A stretch of DNA of 64,000 bases. Source: Eledone cirrhosa. Lineage: Eukaryota. The position numbers and the translations under genes were made by a program. The stretch covers positions 49,042,001 through 49,106,000 of the forward strand of contig OZ024749.1 in assembly GCA_964016885.1 (NCBI GenBank). The letters run 5' to 3'. Under the pieces are notes generated by a model, which was not told the origin of the DNA, searched no databases, and saw only the letters and a program-made list of their open reading frames with translations. Shown piece after piece: positions 30,054 to 45,627 of this stretch. How positions within the stretch are numbered: position 1 is the first letter of the stretch; each line of letters starts with the position of its first letter.

Positions 30054-31958
30054 CTGTGTGTGTGTTTGGGTGTGTTTGTATGTAAATCATATTCTTGTCA
30101 CCATTACTGTCACTACATATAATAAACCATTTATATACTACCGTTTATCATCTTCTTTAAACATAATTAAGCAAAAAGTGTGGTTTAAATAATGAATTTT
30201 ACATTGCAACATGATATTGCTTCGATTGCAATGGTAAGTTGCAATTACGATTCGCAGTGAGGTTTCACTTGCGAAGATAGAATGTTTAGCAATTGTATTA
30301 CATCTATGGTGTCAGTATTATCGATTTCTTAATGTTCTACGGGGACTGGGAATAAGACCACTGTTAGCTGTTTGACATGCAAACTCATGACTTTGATGCG
30401 TCTCCATTGCATGATCAACAAAATTAGTATAAATGTACAGACTTGTGCCTCCTTATTTTCTTCCAAATTCCAATTAAATATAAACTATACAGTCTCTTGT
30501 GAAATTATTATTGTATTCATGGTTCTTGCTAAGAACACTGTACTCATATTCGCTTTAATCACCAGCACGTGATAGCAGTTGCAATAAGATATTATTTACA
30601 AAACATGCAGGAGAAAGAAACGAAAAAATAACCGCCGTTGAAATCAAAGAGATACCAGCTTCATCACAAGAATAACTATGAGCTTTATATATCGTCGCTT
30701 ATCTGTAGCCACTTTGAACCCTTCGGAATGAATACCTTCCCGATATCTGAACTCAGCTGATTCCTTGGGGAGAAAGAGAATAGTGTTAGAGAGAGATGGT
30801 GACATAGAGAGAGAGTGACAGAGAGAGTAACATATATAGATTGAGAAAAGGAGTGAGAGAATGAGAGTGAAAAGGATTGTGAGAGAAAGCGAGCGTGAAA
30901 AGGACTGAGTGAATGAGATTGGGGTAATGAGAATGGGAGAGTGAGACACAGACAGATATATACAGAGAGAGGAATGAGACAGATATACAAACAACCACAG
31001 CCCTGGACAACTAAACTAAGCGTCATTTGAAATCAGAGGCTGCAGAGTGACGAAACGAATACCAAAAAACTTTCTAGTCGATATTCTAACAACTCTGCCA
31101 ATTTACCGTAATTCTATGCTAAACAACTATTAACACTAATACTAATACCTTGTTCAACGACATGTAACAACCTAAGTGACGAACATACAATAGAACGAAC
31201 GTTATGCCAATCGACGTAGGCCGTTATATACTGGATTGTGTATACATGTGTGGTTCAAACATTAAAATAATAGTCTAGAAATGACTGGAAATTTGGACGC
31301 ATCAAACTAAAACCTGTAATTTAATGTGTACAGTTAGTGCAGTTAATTCAATCTGTCAGAATTTCTTAACAGCCGCAATTGAGATTTACGCCGCCAATCA
31401 TTTATTGAATCGCTATAGTAAGCTGAGTATATATTTTATGCACCGAACCTTTTAGCATAAGGTGTAATTTCTTCTGCTAGTTTAATCATCTATCATTATA
31501 TACTACTTTCCAGATTTCTACTATGGTACTGATATACGATATTTGATAGAAATCTTTTATTATAGTTTTCTATTACGGAGTATAAAGCTTTTATTTATCA
31601 TATCGTAGATGCTAGAATAGCTGTGGTGTTAAAAAGTTCTGCTGGCAACATACAGTTTCCGGATTCGACTTCTTTGTGCAAACTATTCTGTAAGATTCTT
31701 CCACTAAGATTTCTGGTTTAACAATGAATTTTCAGTAAAATTCGGTGGGATAAACACTATGCAAAACAACATTATATATATATATATATGATGCAGGGCG
31801 ATACCCAGAAACTTTAATGTCTGCAGTTCTGTTCACATGCCAACACAAGAGCAAGAATGAAGGTTTCCTTCTACTGACATGGCTATAAAATTGAGGCTTG
31901 TTTGCAAAATTGCACACGAATCGAATGTTATTATTTATATTCGAAACACTCAGATTAC

Positions 31959-32028
<70 letters not shown>

Positions 32029-32097
32029 TCAAGGGCGGTGCCCCAGCATGGCTTCAGCCGGATGGCTGGAACAGGTAAAAGAGTAAAAGAGTAAAAT
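32029..32097 (+). mobile_element. SINE 3' tail fragment with (TAAAAGAG)n end
   Basis: aagggcggtgccccagcatggc...ggaacaggtaaaagagtaaaagagtaaaa resembles octopus SINE tails (recalled from memory). It is embedded in (TG)n. Confidence 0.55.
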
Positions 32098-32099
32098 AT

Positions 32100-32183
<84 letters not shown>

Positions 32184-33749
32184 TGTATGGAGAGAGAGAG
32201 AAAAGATAATGAAAAGAGAGTCAGCACGAATGGAGGTTGATATGAATATGTAGATAATATATGGTTAGAGAGATCCTGGCTGAGAGCGAGATAGAATTCT
32301 ACGAGAAAATGTGAATAATATGCGTTTGAACATATTTTACTAAAACAGATTATGCTATTGATACTGTACACACATCTATTGAGCGAATGTAGAATTATTA
32401 TGATTCCGCTTCAAGAATTATCTCAACGTTTACACATTGCGTTTGAAAGGAGAATTCCCTAACTTTACGATGAAATAAGAATATGTTTAAAACGAGATTA
32501 GCAGATTTCTAGCATATTACATTAACATGACTCTTTTCATCTAAAATCACGTGGAAATATTCTGATAAATGTTCATTGAAAGGCTATGTTTAAAGGAAAA
32601 ATGCACTTGATAATCTCTAAAACGAAACAAACAATCACATGTTCAGGATTATGAAATTTGCAGCTCGGAGACAAATTTTTGAATATTTGTTTGTAAAAAT
32701 GATGTTTATTTTGGAATAATTACAACTAATGGGTATTGATATGAAATTTTGTATGAAAAGGCTTAATATATTTCCTTTTGCGATTCAACACAGATAACAC
32801 CTTTACAATGCCATGTTGTTTTTCCGTATTTTATTTGAACCGTATGTTTAATAGTGTCATATTCAAATATTTATCGGGAAATAGGAGCATCTTTTAAATA
32901 CACATATTAAAATATGAACAACATGCATTTTTTTGAAAACAAGGTTTAATACGAAAAAATACATATACATATATATCGTGATATAATGAATCTATGCGTA
33001 AATATGGATTCCTTAATTCTCGATATTTTTAATTATTTCAATATCAACAAAATACCAATGCCTGTAATATTGTGTAGTTGGGGGTAATATATTTAATCAT
33101 ACACCATATATAATGATATAAAAATATGAACTTATGTCAGATCATAAGTAGATAAGAAACAATATAATTAACGACATGTCAATCTAGAAAATCCTCCTTC
33201 AACACAAACAACCATACACTCCGGAACAAACGTTTCATCAAGTGACATGTCTGAGGCAATAGTTTCGAACAGATTTACAGAATGTTAAGGGATAATTGAA
33301 AATCCCCACTATTTATATTTCACAAGGCCATAGATTTGTAGAAGGAAGTAATAGTTTGTATCGATCTAAATGCGCCCCATTTATTTTATTTAATCGATCC
33401 TAAAATAATGAAAGATGAAGTAGATTCGTATCTAAAAACCCAAAAAGTGTTTCAACTGAAACACTATCGATTCTGCCATAACACAATAATAATTGTATAC
33501 AGAAGCACAACATTTTTTATGTGGGAGTATTGCTAAAGCGGAGGAAACGGCACTCCTTACTATACGCGTATTTTATTTCGCCGACATTCAGAAATAGCCG
33601 AATTCAGATTTATATTTATCCTCCGAGGGAAGGAAAATCATAACAAAGCAAATACTAGGTAGGAATACTGTTGACGAATGAAATCATTATCTGTTATAAG
33701 GATCACGAAAAACATTCTTAGCAAATTTCATTGTGTAAATATGTGTTCG

Positions 33750-33791
<42 letters not shown>

Positions 33792-33856
33792 AAAAGAGTC
33801 AGGACCCCGACGGCTGAGCTCCGGCCATTTCGAGAGCTAGATCCGAACTCATAGTG

Positions 33857-33930
<74 letters not shown>

Positions 33931-36900
33931 TGTGTTGGTGTGTGTATGTGCATGTGTGTGCGTGTGTATGTGTATGCGTGTGTGTAATTTGATCAGTGAT
34001 GTAATTACAGATGTATATATTATTTGAATGAGGCCGTATATGTGATTAACAGTGCATTAGTCGCCATTAAGACTGCGACATAGCGGGACTAAATTAGAAT
34101 AGTAAATTTGGGTGGTTTAGGTTTGAAATAGATTTATTATACTTAACTTGCTGAACTGCCTATAGCAAATGGTTATGTCTTAGAATGCCTATAATTACAA
34201 ACGCACATTATATATATATATATATAGGAAAGGTGTGAGAACTCCGACGGTCTGAGCTCTTTGTAATGTATATATATATATATATATATATAAGCTTAAT
34301 CATAATTTTGACTGAAAGGAAATATTTTGCATGCAAGTAAAATATCATGTATATGAAAACCGAAGCTTCCACAGACGAAATATGAAAAGGAACGTACAGG
34401 GCGAATCTGTAGCAAGTGTATGTGTTTGTTTGTGTTGATGAATGACTTTATTCGTGTAATATATAACAACAGCTGGCTTTTTCCTTCTACCAATATGTAA
34501 TATCATTAAATAATCTTGACGTGTCTACATCCTTCTATTTACGCCACACGTATTTTAACGACAAAGAATGTGATCCAATACACTGATAATGCCTTTCGTA
34601 TAGGGTAATTGAGCATATCTCTTTGGAAAACTTATTTGACACATTCAATAAATATAAAAAATGTGGGTATATAAAAAAGGATTAGTGCCTATTAAAATAT
34701 ACAGAGATAAGCATATGTATCTTTCAGTTCATAACAGCAGCAAGTAAAACAAGAAACAAATATTGCAAGTATTTATGATAAATACGTTCTTTTGTCAGTC
34801 CTTGAAATACATCCCATGAAACAATTCATTAAGTTTGTTATGGTCTAGCATCAAATCAGACTAATGTAGAATTTTCAAATTTGTCTTCGTCCTTAAATAA
34901 ATGATGTACTAGTTATATACTGACGTCAATGAAGTAAACAGTAACATTCCAAACATTTACAAATATAAAACACAATATTATAAATATACTTTAAAAACTG
35001 TTTATGTTTGTGCATGTATATATTGATTTTCATAGATTTGTGAGAGTGTATTCTCCTTGTGTAAAACAAATATACACATAAATAAACAAGACATATCTGA
35101 TACGAATATAAACTTACTAGGACGAAAGTGTCAGATATACAGCCAAGAAATAACTCCTCCAAGAAATGCAATGGATATTTTTGAAAACCATATTCCTCAA
35201 ACATATTAACTCATTCTATGGAACGAATATTTATACTTACCCTAACAAAAAAAGAAATTATATGTCTGATAATATACACGATGTTTTCGGGGGTTTTTCT
35301 CTCTATTATTCATATTGTCTAATCTCTATATTTCATGGACTCCAGTTATACCAAAGGAAGTTTGTATGTCCATATTTGCATGGAAATATATCGTTTGTGA
35401 TATCAACACATCTGTTCTGGGAGAATATAATATTTTGTAGCTGAAAAAAAAAATGACAAAAGCATGTACTCATTGATATTTTAGCCGAAATTGACACCAA
35501 ATTAATAACCGTTTCCATGGATACCGAAATCTTATGAAATACTGCATTAGCGGATATTGTCCAGGAAGCGTTTGTCATTTGTTCCGTTACTGACAAGACA
35601 ATCTAAAAATTACAGTTGTAAGTTAAGTGTCATATAACGTAACATACAATTGAATCTTTGCACTTTCATATGAAGAGTTGTTGTGTAGGAAGTGGTTAAA
35701 ACACTGTCATTCAAAATTAATATATTATGTAATATATTTTCTTCGTGTATGTGCTGAATCTTTCTACGTTCACTAAAGTCACACCTGAAGCGTGAAAGGA
35801 TATCATAAGCTGTGAAAATCTCTTCAGCACCGTTTTCTTTCAATTCTCTCCATGGCAGGGAAAGTTACATTTGAAAGGACGTTAGTGTACATTAGTTAAC
35901 ATCCTGAGATAATGTGCACACCCTAGCACTGACAGATAGCGGAAATAAGAGTAAGTTGTACGAAATTAATATTATTTCCGAAATAGATAAAATCACGACA
36001 GAATTTCAATTCAACTCTAGTATTCTCGTATCGGCTACAGCGCAAGTGATTCGTTTATACGTTTATACGTTTATACGTTTATACGCTTATCGCTACGTAT
36101 TGACTAAGATATTAATGACTTGTATACATATAAGATCCTAATGAGTTTCACTACCATTGCATTGTATACCATTGTATAGATGGGTAGATTGGCCGAATAG
36201 CTATACGCATTTCTGTAATTGTTTTACGCTATTTCATATAAATGTTTACATATTCTAAAATTTCGCTCTGACAAAAATTGCATTTTCTAATACAAAGTTA
36301 GAAAAACATTTACTAGTATTAAAATCGATGTAATTAACATGATTCTGCCAATCATCCGATCTCTTAATTTCTGGACTTAAGTTGTATTAAAACTGCATAT
36401 TATGCCTTCAATATATTAATAATGTAATAATTCAAATTTCGAGATATATTTGATGATGTTACTAAAGTCATTTCGAAGTTTGAAATGTTGCATTTTAAGA
36501 CCGTTATTTAGTAATTTAAAATCATATACAACATCAATAAAAATGGGGTACCAATACAATAAAATCTGAGGATCATTTGCATGGTTTTAATTCAGAAAGA
36601 ACAATGATATATTCATGAAATATGTTCCATACATATGCACACTTATTTCTCACCACTGATTTGGTCACTAGTAAACATACTTTGGTATTGGAATAATAGA
36701 TTGACACAGCTTGTGCAAACTATGAATGAAATGTCTAAAGGTTTATATTTCCAGTCCTTCCGTCGTTTCATTTTTGACGCCCAGGAATTGTCCAAGACAT
36801 CTTTGTTCTTTTCATTTCCTCTTCTTCGCCCAATAATTCCGAGAGTCCTAACAGGAACAGACGTCTCCAAATGATTCGTATGCGTCCCAAAGGGTTTATT

Positions 36901-37647
36901 ATGCTATCCAACGATCTTGCTCTTAGTATACTTTTTTGATTTATACTGGTAGAATTTGCCACAACAATGTGTAACGATCTGTCATTAGTGGTATCGCTAT
37001 GATCGTTCTCCGAAGGCCCTTTGGTGGAACTCCATATCGGGTGATGTTTTACAATAGGGAATGTGAGGCACAAACAACGAATTGAAAATATTATCTCTCC
37101 AAATTTGGCGAAATAATTTAGTTCAAAAATCTTATCATTAATTTATATTATACACTCACAAACAATATATATATATATATATATAAATAATAGGAAGTTA
37201 GGAAATGAAATATAAAGCAAGCTCTTATCCACACACTGTTATACATCAGAAAATCTAAAATTCATAGACAGCTAGAAAGGCGGAAATTATAATCGTTTAT
37301 CATATCACAAAATGTAATTATGGTGTTCCTAATTTTTCTTTATTAAAATATTAAGCAGCATAAAAATTCTGATCTTGTCGCGAAAATAATAAAATATGCT
37401 AATGTGTATTTAAAATATTTGTAGATAATATCCTTCAGGGAGCAACACACTAAGAGATTGTATCAATATATTTAACAGCGTAATTCGCGCCTAAATACTA
37501 AAAAAAATATATATCAGTGGTCATCAGAAAAGTCAAAATATACTTGTATCTAAATCGAAATCTCATGAAAAGTTTCGATTGTGAATAATCACATGGTATA
37601 TTAAGTATATGGAACACACACACACACAGACACAGGCACATATACAA

Positions 37648-37698
<51 letters not shown>

Positions 37699-37764
37699 CA
37701 TACACACACTTATATATATATATATTGAGAGAGAGATATGTATACATACATATATATATATATG

Positions 37765-37960
37765 GATAAGTCAGAACCCCGACGACACGGCTCTTGCCGT
37801 TTCAACAGCTAGTTCAAAACTGTCTAGAATTAGCTGTTGAAGGGCAAGAGCTCCGCCGTTGGGTGCCTGACTCATTCGTATAACCATATTATCCTACCCC
37901 AAGTATCGAGTACTCTGGTGAGTAATGGTCTAAACAGTTTGTAACTGAATCTATTCTGAC
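37765..37960. mobile_element. Diverged family A fold-back copy
   Basis: agtcagaaccccgac...ctcttgccgtttcaacagctagttc-loop-gaattagctgttgaagggcaagagctc...ctgact, followed by the ccccaagtatcgagtactc tail. Confidence 0.7.
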
Positions 37961-37976
37961 ATATACATTCATATAT

Positions 37977-38009
<33 letters not shown>

Positions 38010-38010
38010 A

Positions 38011-38592
38011 AAGTTTAAGAATAACCAAAGAGTGCTTAGAAATACATTGTTTCATCCATACCCTAGGGCAGGAGTTATCGGAGCTTATAAACAAAAAATA
38101 TATCAAAGGTTGCAGGCTCCATCGAGGCAAGTCATCAATACAGTAGGACAAGTAGGACAAGTAGGGGGGTTCCGGGCAAGCCCTGTATAGAGCAACACAC
38201 AATGCATGATATCATGTATTTTCACTGCTTGTAAATTCATGTATTTATGCTTGGTTTGTTTTTTGATCATGCTGAGCAACACCCTCATTCTTTTCTTGCT
38301 CTCCTCGTTTAACCTCCTTATGATCTATTGCACCATTTATGTGTTAAACGTTTGATGTAATTTTTTATGACATTATATGTATCATGCATTTTGTGTTGCT
38401 CTATACAGGGCCGGTCCAGGACCCCCTACTTCTTCTTCTTCCTTGTTCTGGTGACTGGGCTCGATGGAGCCTGTAACCTTTCATATATATTTGTTTATAA
38501 GCTCCGATGATTCCTGCCCCAGGGTATGGATGAAACACTGTTAGCAAATAAAACAATGTATTTCTAAGCACTCTTTGGTTATTCCTAAACTT
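38011..38592. mobile_element. Fold-back element, family H: arms about 38011-38212 and 38378-38592, HHR 38501-38545 (+)
   Basis: Right arm: GCT-CCGATGA-ttcc tgccc ca gggta t ggat-GAAA-CACTG-TT-AGC. The left arm is the reverse complement but lacks the cleavage-site segment between two AAACA repeats. Confidence 0.8.
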
Positions 38593-38700
38593 ACAATGGC
38601 ACTGTAATATACTAGTTATCCTACATTGAGCTAAAACCACACTGTCACACCAAGGACAATATATGTGTGTGTCTGTGCGCATTAATATACTTCTCAACGA

Positions 38701-38763
<63 letters not shown>

Positions 38764-38772
<9 letters not shown>

Positions 38773-39277
38773 ATACTTTGGGAGGGTCATGTTGCCAATA
38801 AGAAACACACGCACCAGTTGTAAACTTCAATTTATTATAATAAATTTATAAATTTAGGAATTTATAAATTTCTGGTTGGTTGGTTGGTTCCGCAACCAGA
38901 TAGTTGTTTATATATTGTCAAAGTTCTTTCGTCACACATTATGTGACCTCTTCAGTGACTGGGGATTATTTTCATTGTTTTTGTGCCTCTCCTTGTTCTG
39001 TCCTACGCCATTTTGTTTCTCAATGGCGTAGGACAGAACAAAGAAGAGGCATAAAAACAAAGAAAAGAATCCACAGTCACTGAAGAGGTCACATAATGTG
39101 TGACGAAAGAACTTTGACAATATATAAACAACTATCTGGTTGTGGATCCAACCAACCCACCAGAAATTTATAAATTGATTATAATAAATTGAAGGGTCAT
39201 CAACTGGTGCGTGTGTTTCTTATTGGCAACATGACCCTCCCAAAGTATAACAATATCGGTTTCAACACACGATTTCA
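38764..39277. mobile_element. Near-perfect 500-bp palindrome, family F-related, HHRs at 38917-38959 (-) and 39076-39118 (+)
   Basis: The centre is gtcctacgccatt-ttgtttctc-aatggcgtaggac. The HHR reads GTCA-CTGAAGA-g-GTCACA-taatg-TGTGAC-GAAA-GAAC-TT-TGAC. Both sides lie at or near (TA)n. Confidence 0.88.
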
Positions 39278-39373
39278 GATAAAGAATATTGCTAAACAAA
39301 TTCAGAAACGATATATATATATATGCATATATATATATATGCATATATATATATGCATATATATATATGCATA

Positions 39374-39489
<116 letters not shown>

Positions 39490-40217
39490 TATGAGTATAT
39501 GGTTATATGTCAGTGAGTGTGGGTACCTATCCGTACGTGTATGTGTATATATAATTATATACAAATATATATATATGTGTATATGTGCGTGTGTGTGTAA
39601 TGAACACAGAAAAGCGTTTGGCGTATTGATGCTCCATTTTCAACTTCTAATGGGCTTTTATGACAACTAACATTGTAAATTACTATTTGAGTTGTAGCAT
39701 AGAAACACAGAACTCCATTGATAGGGATATAGTACACCACAATTATTTGGAACATGTTAAAACACCTTCGAAAAAAGGTAAAATTAAAATTAATAATGGT
39801 CTGCAAAAATCGTGCTGTATGGATAAGTGTTTTATATAGAATATTTATTAAGTCTATATATCGATTGAGTAGACTTCAATATATACGGAGAGGTGGGTTG
39901 TCCACAGATACATGAAATACATATTTAAGGTTCTTATATATCTACTATAATAACTATATGTTTGTGAAATATTTTTCTGAGCATACTGAAGTAAAATATA
40001 ATTAGAAATGCTTATGGATATGGAATTATATGCGTAGCTTCTTTTTACATGCATGTAAACATCAGGGATATCTGATACATTACTATATAATTCTTGGTTG
40101 AATATTGTAATGGATTTTATAAAAAAGCAATTATTCTCACATAAAAATCTGAACTATATTTCTCTTTTTCTTTCTTTTACACGTGCACGCATACTCTCAC
40201 ACACATACACACATGCA

Positions 40218-40284
<67 letters not shown>

Positions 40285-40315
40285 GAGAGAGAGAGAGCGA
40301 GAGATAGATAGATAT

Positions 40316-40380
<65 letters not shown>

Positions 40381-40779
40381 GAGAGAGATTGATTGATTGA
40401 TAGATAGATAGTTAAATGGATAGGTAAAGTATAGGTGAAAGTTATTTGCTTCACATCCTTCCTTGAGCAGTTATAAAGGCAACTCATATTAACGATTATA
40501 TTTATATTTTTGAAACACATTTGATAAGGGAAATCAGATGATTTTTTATTTTGTTTCTTAAAATTGTTTTTATCTTGAAATATAATGTCCCAACTATATT
40601 TTGAAAAAAATTCGGCTTAGTTAAAAATGTTCGTTTGTGTTAATGGTATCCTGCCTCTATCAAGATTAAAGGAATGTATATGCATAATAGCGTAGTTCTG
40701 AATAAATATATGTCCACTGCATTAATGTTTTCTTCCACCCTCTCACTTGTAACGTTTTTTGTCGGTAATGGTTTCTTCG

Positions 40780-40832
<53 letters not shown>

Positions 40833-40900
40833 GAGAGAGAGAGAGAGAGAGTGAGAAAGAGAGAGATAGATATATATATGTATAGATATATATGTATGTT

Positions 40901-40952
<52 letters not shown>

Positions 40953-40981
40953 TATATATATATGTATGCATACACACACAA

Positions 40982-41062
<81 letters not shown>

Positions 41063-41116
41063 TATATACATATCTATCTATACATACATATCTATCTATA
41101 CATATCTATCTATCTA

Positions 41117-41149
<33 letters not shown>

Positions 41150-41165
41150 ATCTATCTCTCTCTCC

Positions 41166-41241
<76 letters not shown>

Positions 41242-44200
41242 TGATATATGCGTAGTGTTTTTCGATATCTGAAGTCTTCATTGCTAATTTTATTTTTATT
41301 TTGACATCACGAAAAACATATTTCTACATATCATGCATCTACTCCGAACTTCATGTAGCAAAATAAAAAAATAAATACATGGATTTGCATGTAGTGTGTT
41401 TCAGTGTAACACGTTTATGCTCCGTAAAATTGCATATCCATATGTATAATGATATATTTTACTGTATTTAAAAAAAGATGACTTCTTTCAATGTTTAAAA
41501 AAATATATATATTTTGGAATTACATCACGAAGCGCTTTAAGACAACTCTGAAAACCAATCACTGCATCAATAATAATAATAAAAACAGGATTTCATACTT
41601 ACAGTACACAACTTATACGAAGCTGGTAAAAACGTATAGTGATCTACCTTTATATAATAAAAGGAACATCGGCCAAAACATGTAATACAATACATTAAGA
41701 TAAATTAATAATTTGGCAGATCTAACAAATATAAAGTATTATGCATAAGTGTAACCCAACTTTGTATGTATACGGAAGTAAGTTTAGAGTACGATTCCGT
41801 TTAAATATTGCTGTAGTCTCCACTGCCATACCATAATTCTCTCCTGATACTTCACACACTCTGGTGAATGCTTTAGCAGTTCTACATATGATAGTTTTCA
41901 AAAATGGTCTGTCATCTGAAACCGAGGTTTTAGTACCCTATTTACTGCAATTACACCTCGTAAGTTATATATTTTCTTCAGATATTCTAAAGTATGTTAT
42001 GTTTCTTTCACATACATCATAATATTCAGGAACTAGCTGAGGATCTGCACATCTGTGTAAATGACTTCCCAATTATTTTTTTAAGTTTCTGATGCCTCAT
42101 TGGTTTTTGCTTTGGCCTTCTACGTTTCTAATAGCTGCTCATCTTTATTCTATTTTCATCTCATTACTTCCCATTACACCAGGATCATTATGGAAATCCG
42201 AAGGGCGCAGCTATCATTTTAATGTTAGTTGAGGAGTAAACTGAATGTATAGATCAGGAAATGCCATACACCAATATTATATGAAATTTGTGAATTATTT
42301 CTTTTTTATTTACCTATAACATTTTTCCTTTTCTTGATTTAATTAACAAGCTCAAAGATATTCTACTATGAACTACAAATAAAATCTCTGCGATATACTC
42401 CATATACACTTTAAGAATTTAATTTTCAGTTTCTAGGTAAGATTATCCTTTACATATTTATTATATGCTATTCAGAAAAGCATCGATGTTTATTATAAGT
42501 ATTCCTCACTACCAAATATTTGCAATCTACTGGGTTTAGCGTCTGTCCTTCAACATTTTAATCAATAAAACGTATTCGAAATACATTGATAACCCTCTGA
42601 CATTAATACTTTCTTCAAAGCTAAAGCCTTAATACTTCCTCAGTAAAATTGAACATTTCCATATAACCAACCATTATACCTATGATGCGGTGACGCAATA
42701 TATCCCTCTTCCTATACGATTATGTTTATATTTCAGCCTTCGTAATTTACTTCAACTGTACATATAACTACACAAACACATTTATTTTCTCTCATATATG
42801 TAACGCACATCCCTTTTGTGCTTTCAATGTTTTTACTCATGCACAACCTGTTCTAAACTAACACTGTTCTAATGCTTTAATATTTGAACCTCATCATATC
42901 AATGTATGTAAATTTCAGTCTAAACTTCTTTAATACTTTCTGGTGTACTGAATATTTTATTCTCCCTCTTAAAAGTAATTTCTATGCAAACAACTTTTAT
43001 TTATTCCTCAGCCAATGATATAGGTCAAATATTCCTAATCATTTGATATGAATGTTGTTATATATTCAATTACATAACTTTCCCCTATAAACCTGCATGC
43101 GTTTAATGTGAACTTAGCTTTCAGCTTTAAGTCGCTCACTTTTTCAATTCCTATCCTGCTTCATGGGTGACTTGCATTTCCCTTCGTTCTAACTTTACAT
43201 TTATATCTTTCCTCTATTGCTCACATCACACGTACCTCGTTTTAATATTATAAATTCATATAACGAGTTTATTTTCAGATTTATTCCTTCACAACGTGAC
43301 ATTTGCAACTTGGCTTATTAGAAAATCGCCTGGCATTGCTATTCATTTTAAACAAACACTATTGTTAGGTATACTGTCGGATAGTTTTCTAATAGATTAT
43401 TTATACGTAAATAGTTACCAATTATTTTATTCATTAACCTTGACAACATAAGAATTACAGTGTACTACGAAAAAATTAAATAATTTTCTAAAGTTAAATT
43501 AGTCTGCATTGTATATATTGATAGTAATACATCATGTTTCACACATTTGTTATATATATAGAGAGAGAGAGGGAGGAAGAGAGGGAGTCGAGAAGGTGGA
43601 GAGTGTTAATTTATATATTTAGTATATCGCAATAGCTAGATTCTCAGGACACCAATATATGTATACGTTTTGTCAATGTATTTATTCCTTTCCTCATATC
43701 TACTTCCTTCTCGCACCACATCTCTCTTAAATTATTTGCTTTATTAATTTTTAAGCAGAACAAAAACAAAAACGGCACGTAGAAAGACACTCTATCTCTC
43801 TGCGTTACTCTCTCACTCTCTCTCTCTGGAGGAGGTCGAAAATGCTACGGACTTTTACCACTTTCTCCTTTTTAAGCGAATAAAAATGTTGACTTTAATA
43901 GGTATCATACACCGTGATTACTAAACATCTTAATTTGCATAGCTTATGAAATAATGTATTTGTAAATCAATTCTTTAACTCCATCGAGTATGTTGAATAT
44001 TTGTTTTATTGTCACAATATCGAGATATTTGATTGTGTACATTTAGAATTAGATTTCAATTTTATGGATAAATTTTTGGACGTGTCTTAAGGGAAAAATC
44101 CTTCATTTTCATTACAGGCTTTGTAATCTCGTTTGTCATGCATGTGGAGACTGATATGTATCAGCATTACAATTTCTTTTTCAGATATTCAGCATATCCT

Positions 44201-44808
44201 GCTGTGTTGTTTTTATAGGTTTGTTAATTCCGAAGCGTATATCTTACTTCTGCTGTTTGGTAATACGACCACCTGAAATTGAGTTTCTTTATGCGAAGTC
44301 TTGGTTTTCTTATTGAGTTTCTTCGATATCTCATGAATTGTACATGCTGTCATGTGTTTTCCTGTTGTTTCTTTTTATTCCAAGATATCTCACTCTGCTT
44401 TATACAGTCTTCTATATTGGCTATGAAAATATATGTTTTACAATCTATCTTTCACGACATTTATATTTGTTTGTTATTAGGTTTTTTTTTATATTATTTG
44501 TTAGCCATGGTATTTTTTATTCAGCGTGTGTTTCTTCGTAACGTAGTTATTTTTTTTATTTCTCGATTTCCAGTCGCTGTTATTTTCATTATCATGAATT
44601 CTATCCACATCAGCAAATATAATCGATTACGGACCGAGAGCACATTTTTTTATCAGCTCAAATTATGTTTTGTAAGCAAGTTCGTAAACCTTGCACTTCT
44701 ACACTTTTTGTATGCATGCACACGTACACATATATACATATATGTGTGTACGTATATATATAGAAATGTTCTAAACTATCTAAGTATTGGACTCTAACCA
44801 TTATATTT

Positions 44809-44990
44809 GGATTGGCAGTATCGGTAGAGGGTCGGACGTCATGCTTTCCAGCATAGTTACGTCCCTTTACGATCTGAGTTCAAATCCCGCCGAGGTTGAC
44901 TTTGCCTTTCATCCTTACGGGGTCGATAAAATAAAGTACCAGTAATGCACTGGGTAATTGCTGGCCTTGTGCCTAAAGTAGAAACAATTA
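44809..44990 (+). mobile_element. SINE S1, consensus-like copy
   Basis: A-box-like tggcagtatcgg, B-box gagttcaaatccc, conserved core gttgactttgcctttcatccttacggggtcgataaaataaagtaccagt (Meta/Nin-domain-like, recalled from memory), tail gtagaaacaatta. Confidence 0.93.
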
Positions 44991-45461
44991 TATTAAGTAT
45001 TACCACCCCAATGTTTGTATGTGTAGAAGTGTGTATGTGTCTGTGGAGGTGTGTGTGAGTGTAGTGCAAGCCAACCTACATAAGCCTTTTTATTTGTAAA
45101 CTTTCTACTCAAACCATAATTTCCAGTAGCACCACTCCACATAAATTCCTCAATTTAAGAATGACCTGTAGTATCTATTTCATACTATTATCCTTATTTA
45201 AAAATATATCTGACCAAGAATGCCTTTTGTGAAAATCAGTCATGTGGAACTATTGTCATCTTGCCTGATAGTTTGAACCCTACAGAACCGCCTGTCTCTT
45301 TGAGGTCAAATACCAACCTACTACCATCTACAAACTGACCAATGAGAATAAAGACTATTCCTGCTGACAACATCAACATATTCCTAACAAGCTCATATGT
45401 CCCAAGGCTCTGATACCATCAACACTATACACACAGATCTGGCATATCTAAGAACTGACTA

Positions 45462-45518
45462 ACTACCTGATGAGGTCATAGCCATTCAATGGCTATCATC
45501 GAAATAAATATATCAGTA
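45462..45518 (+). ncRNA. Hammerhead ribozyme with imperfect stem I
   Basis: CTGATGA (45467-45473)-ggt c ATAGCCAT tca ATGGCTAT c atc-GAAA-taaatata-TC-agta, followed about 45 bp later by (TA)n. Confidence 0.65.
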
Positions 45519-45558
45519 AATAGAGGATTATGAGTTCATGCAATTGACTTATGTTTCG

Positions 45559-45627
<69 letters not shown>

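Noticed and set aside
31610-31760. Very degenerate SINE-like heads (also 31020-31105, 33320-33425, 23990-24070)
   Set aside because: Similarity is too weak to set boundaries by eye.
38764-39277. Palindromes as assembly or amplification artefacts
   Set aside because: The arms differ by substitutions and indels, and their termini match independent copies elsewhere. An artefact is unlikely, though read support is still needed.
44279-44797. 172-aa hydrophobic ORF
   Set aside because: TTG start, T-rich compositional bias, runs into a microsatellite-like stretch, and no motif.
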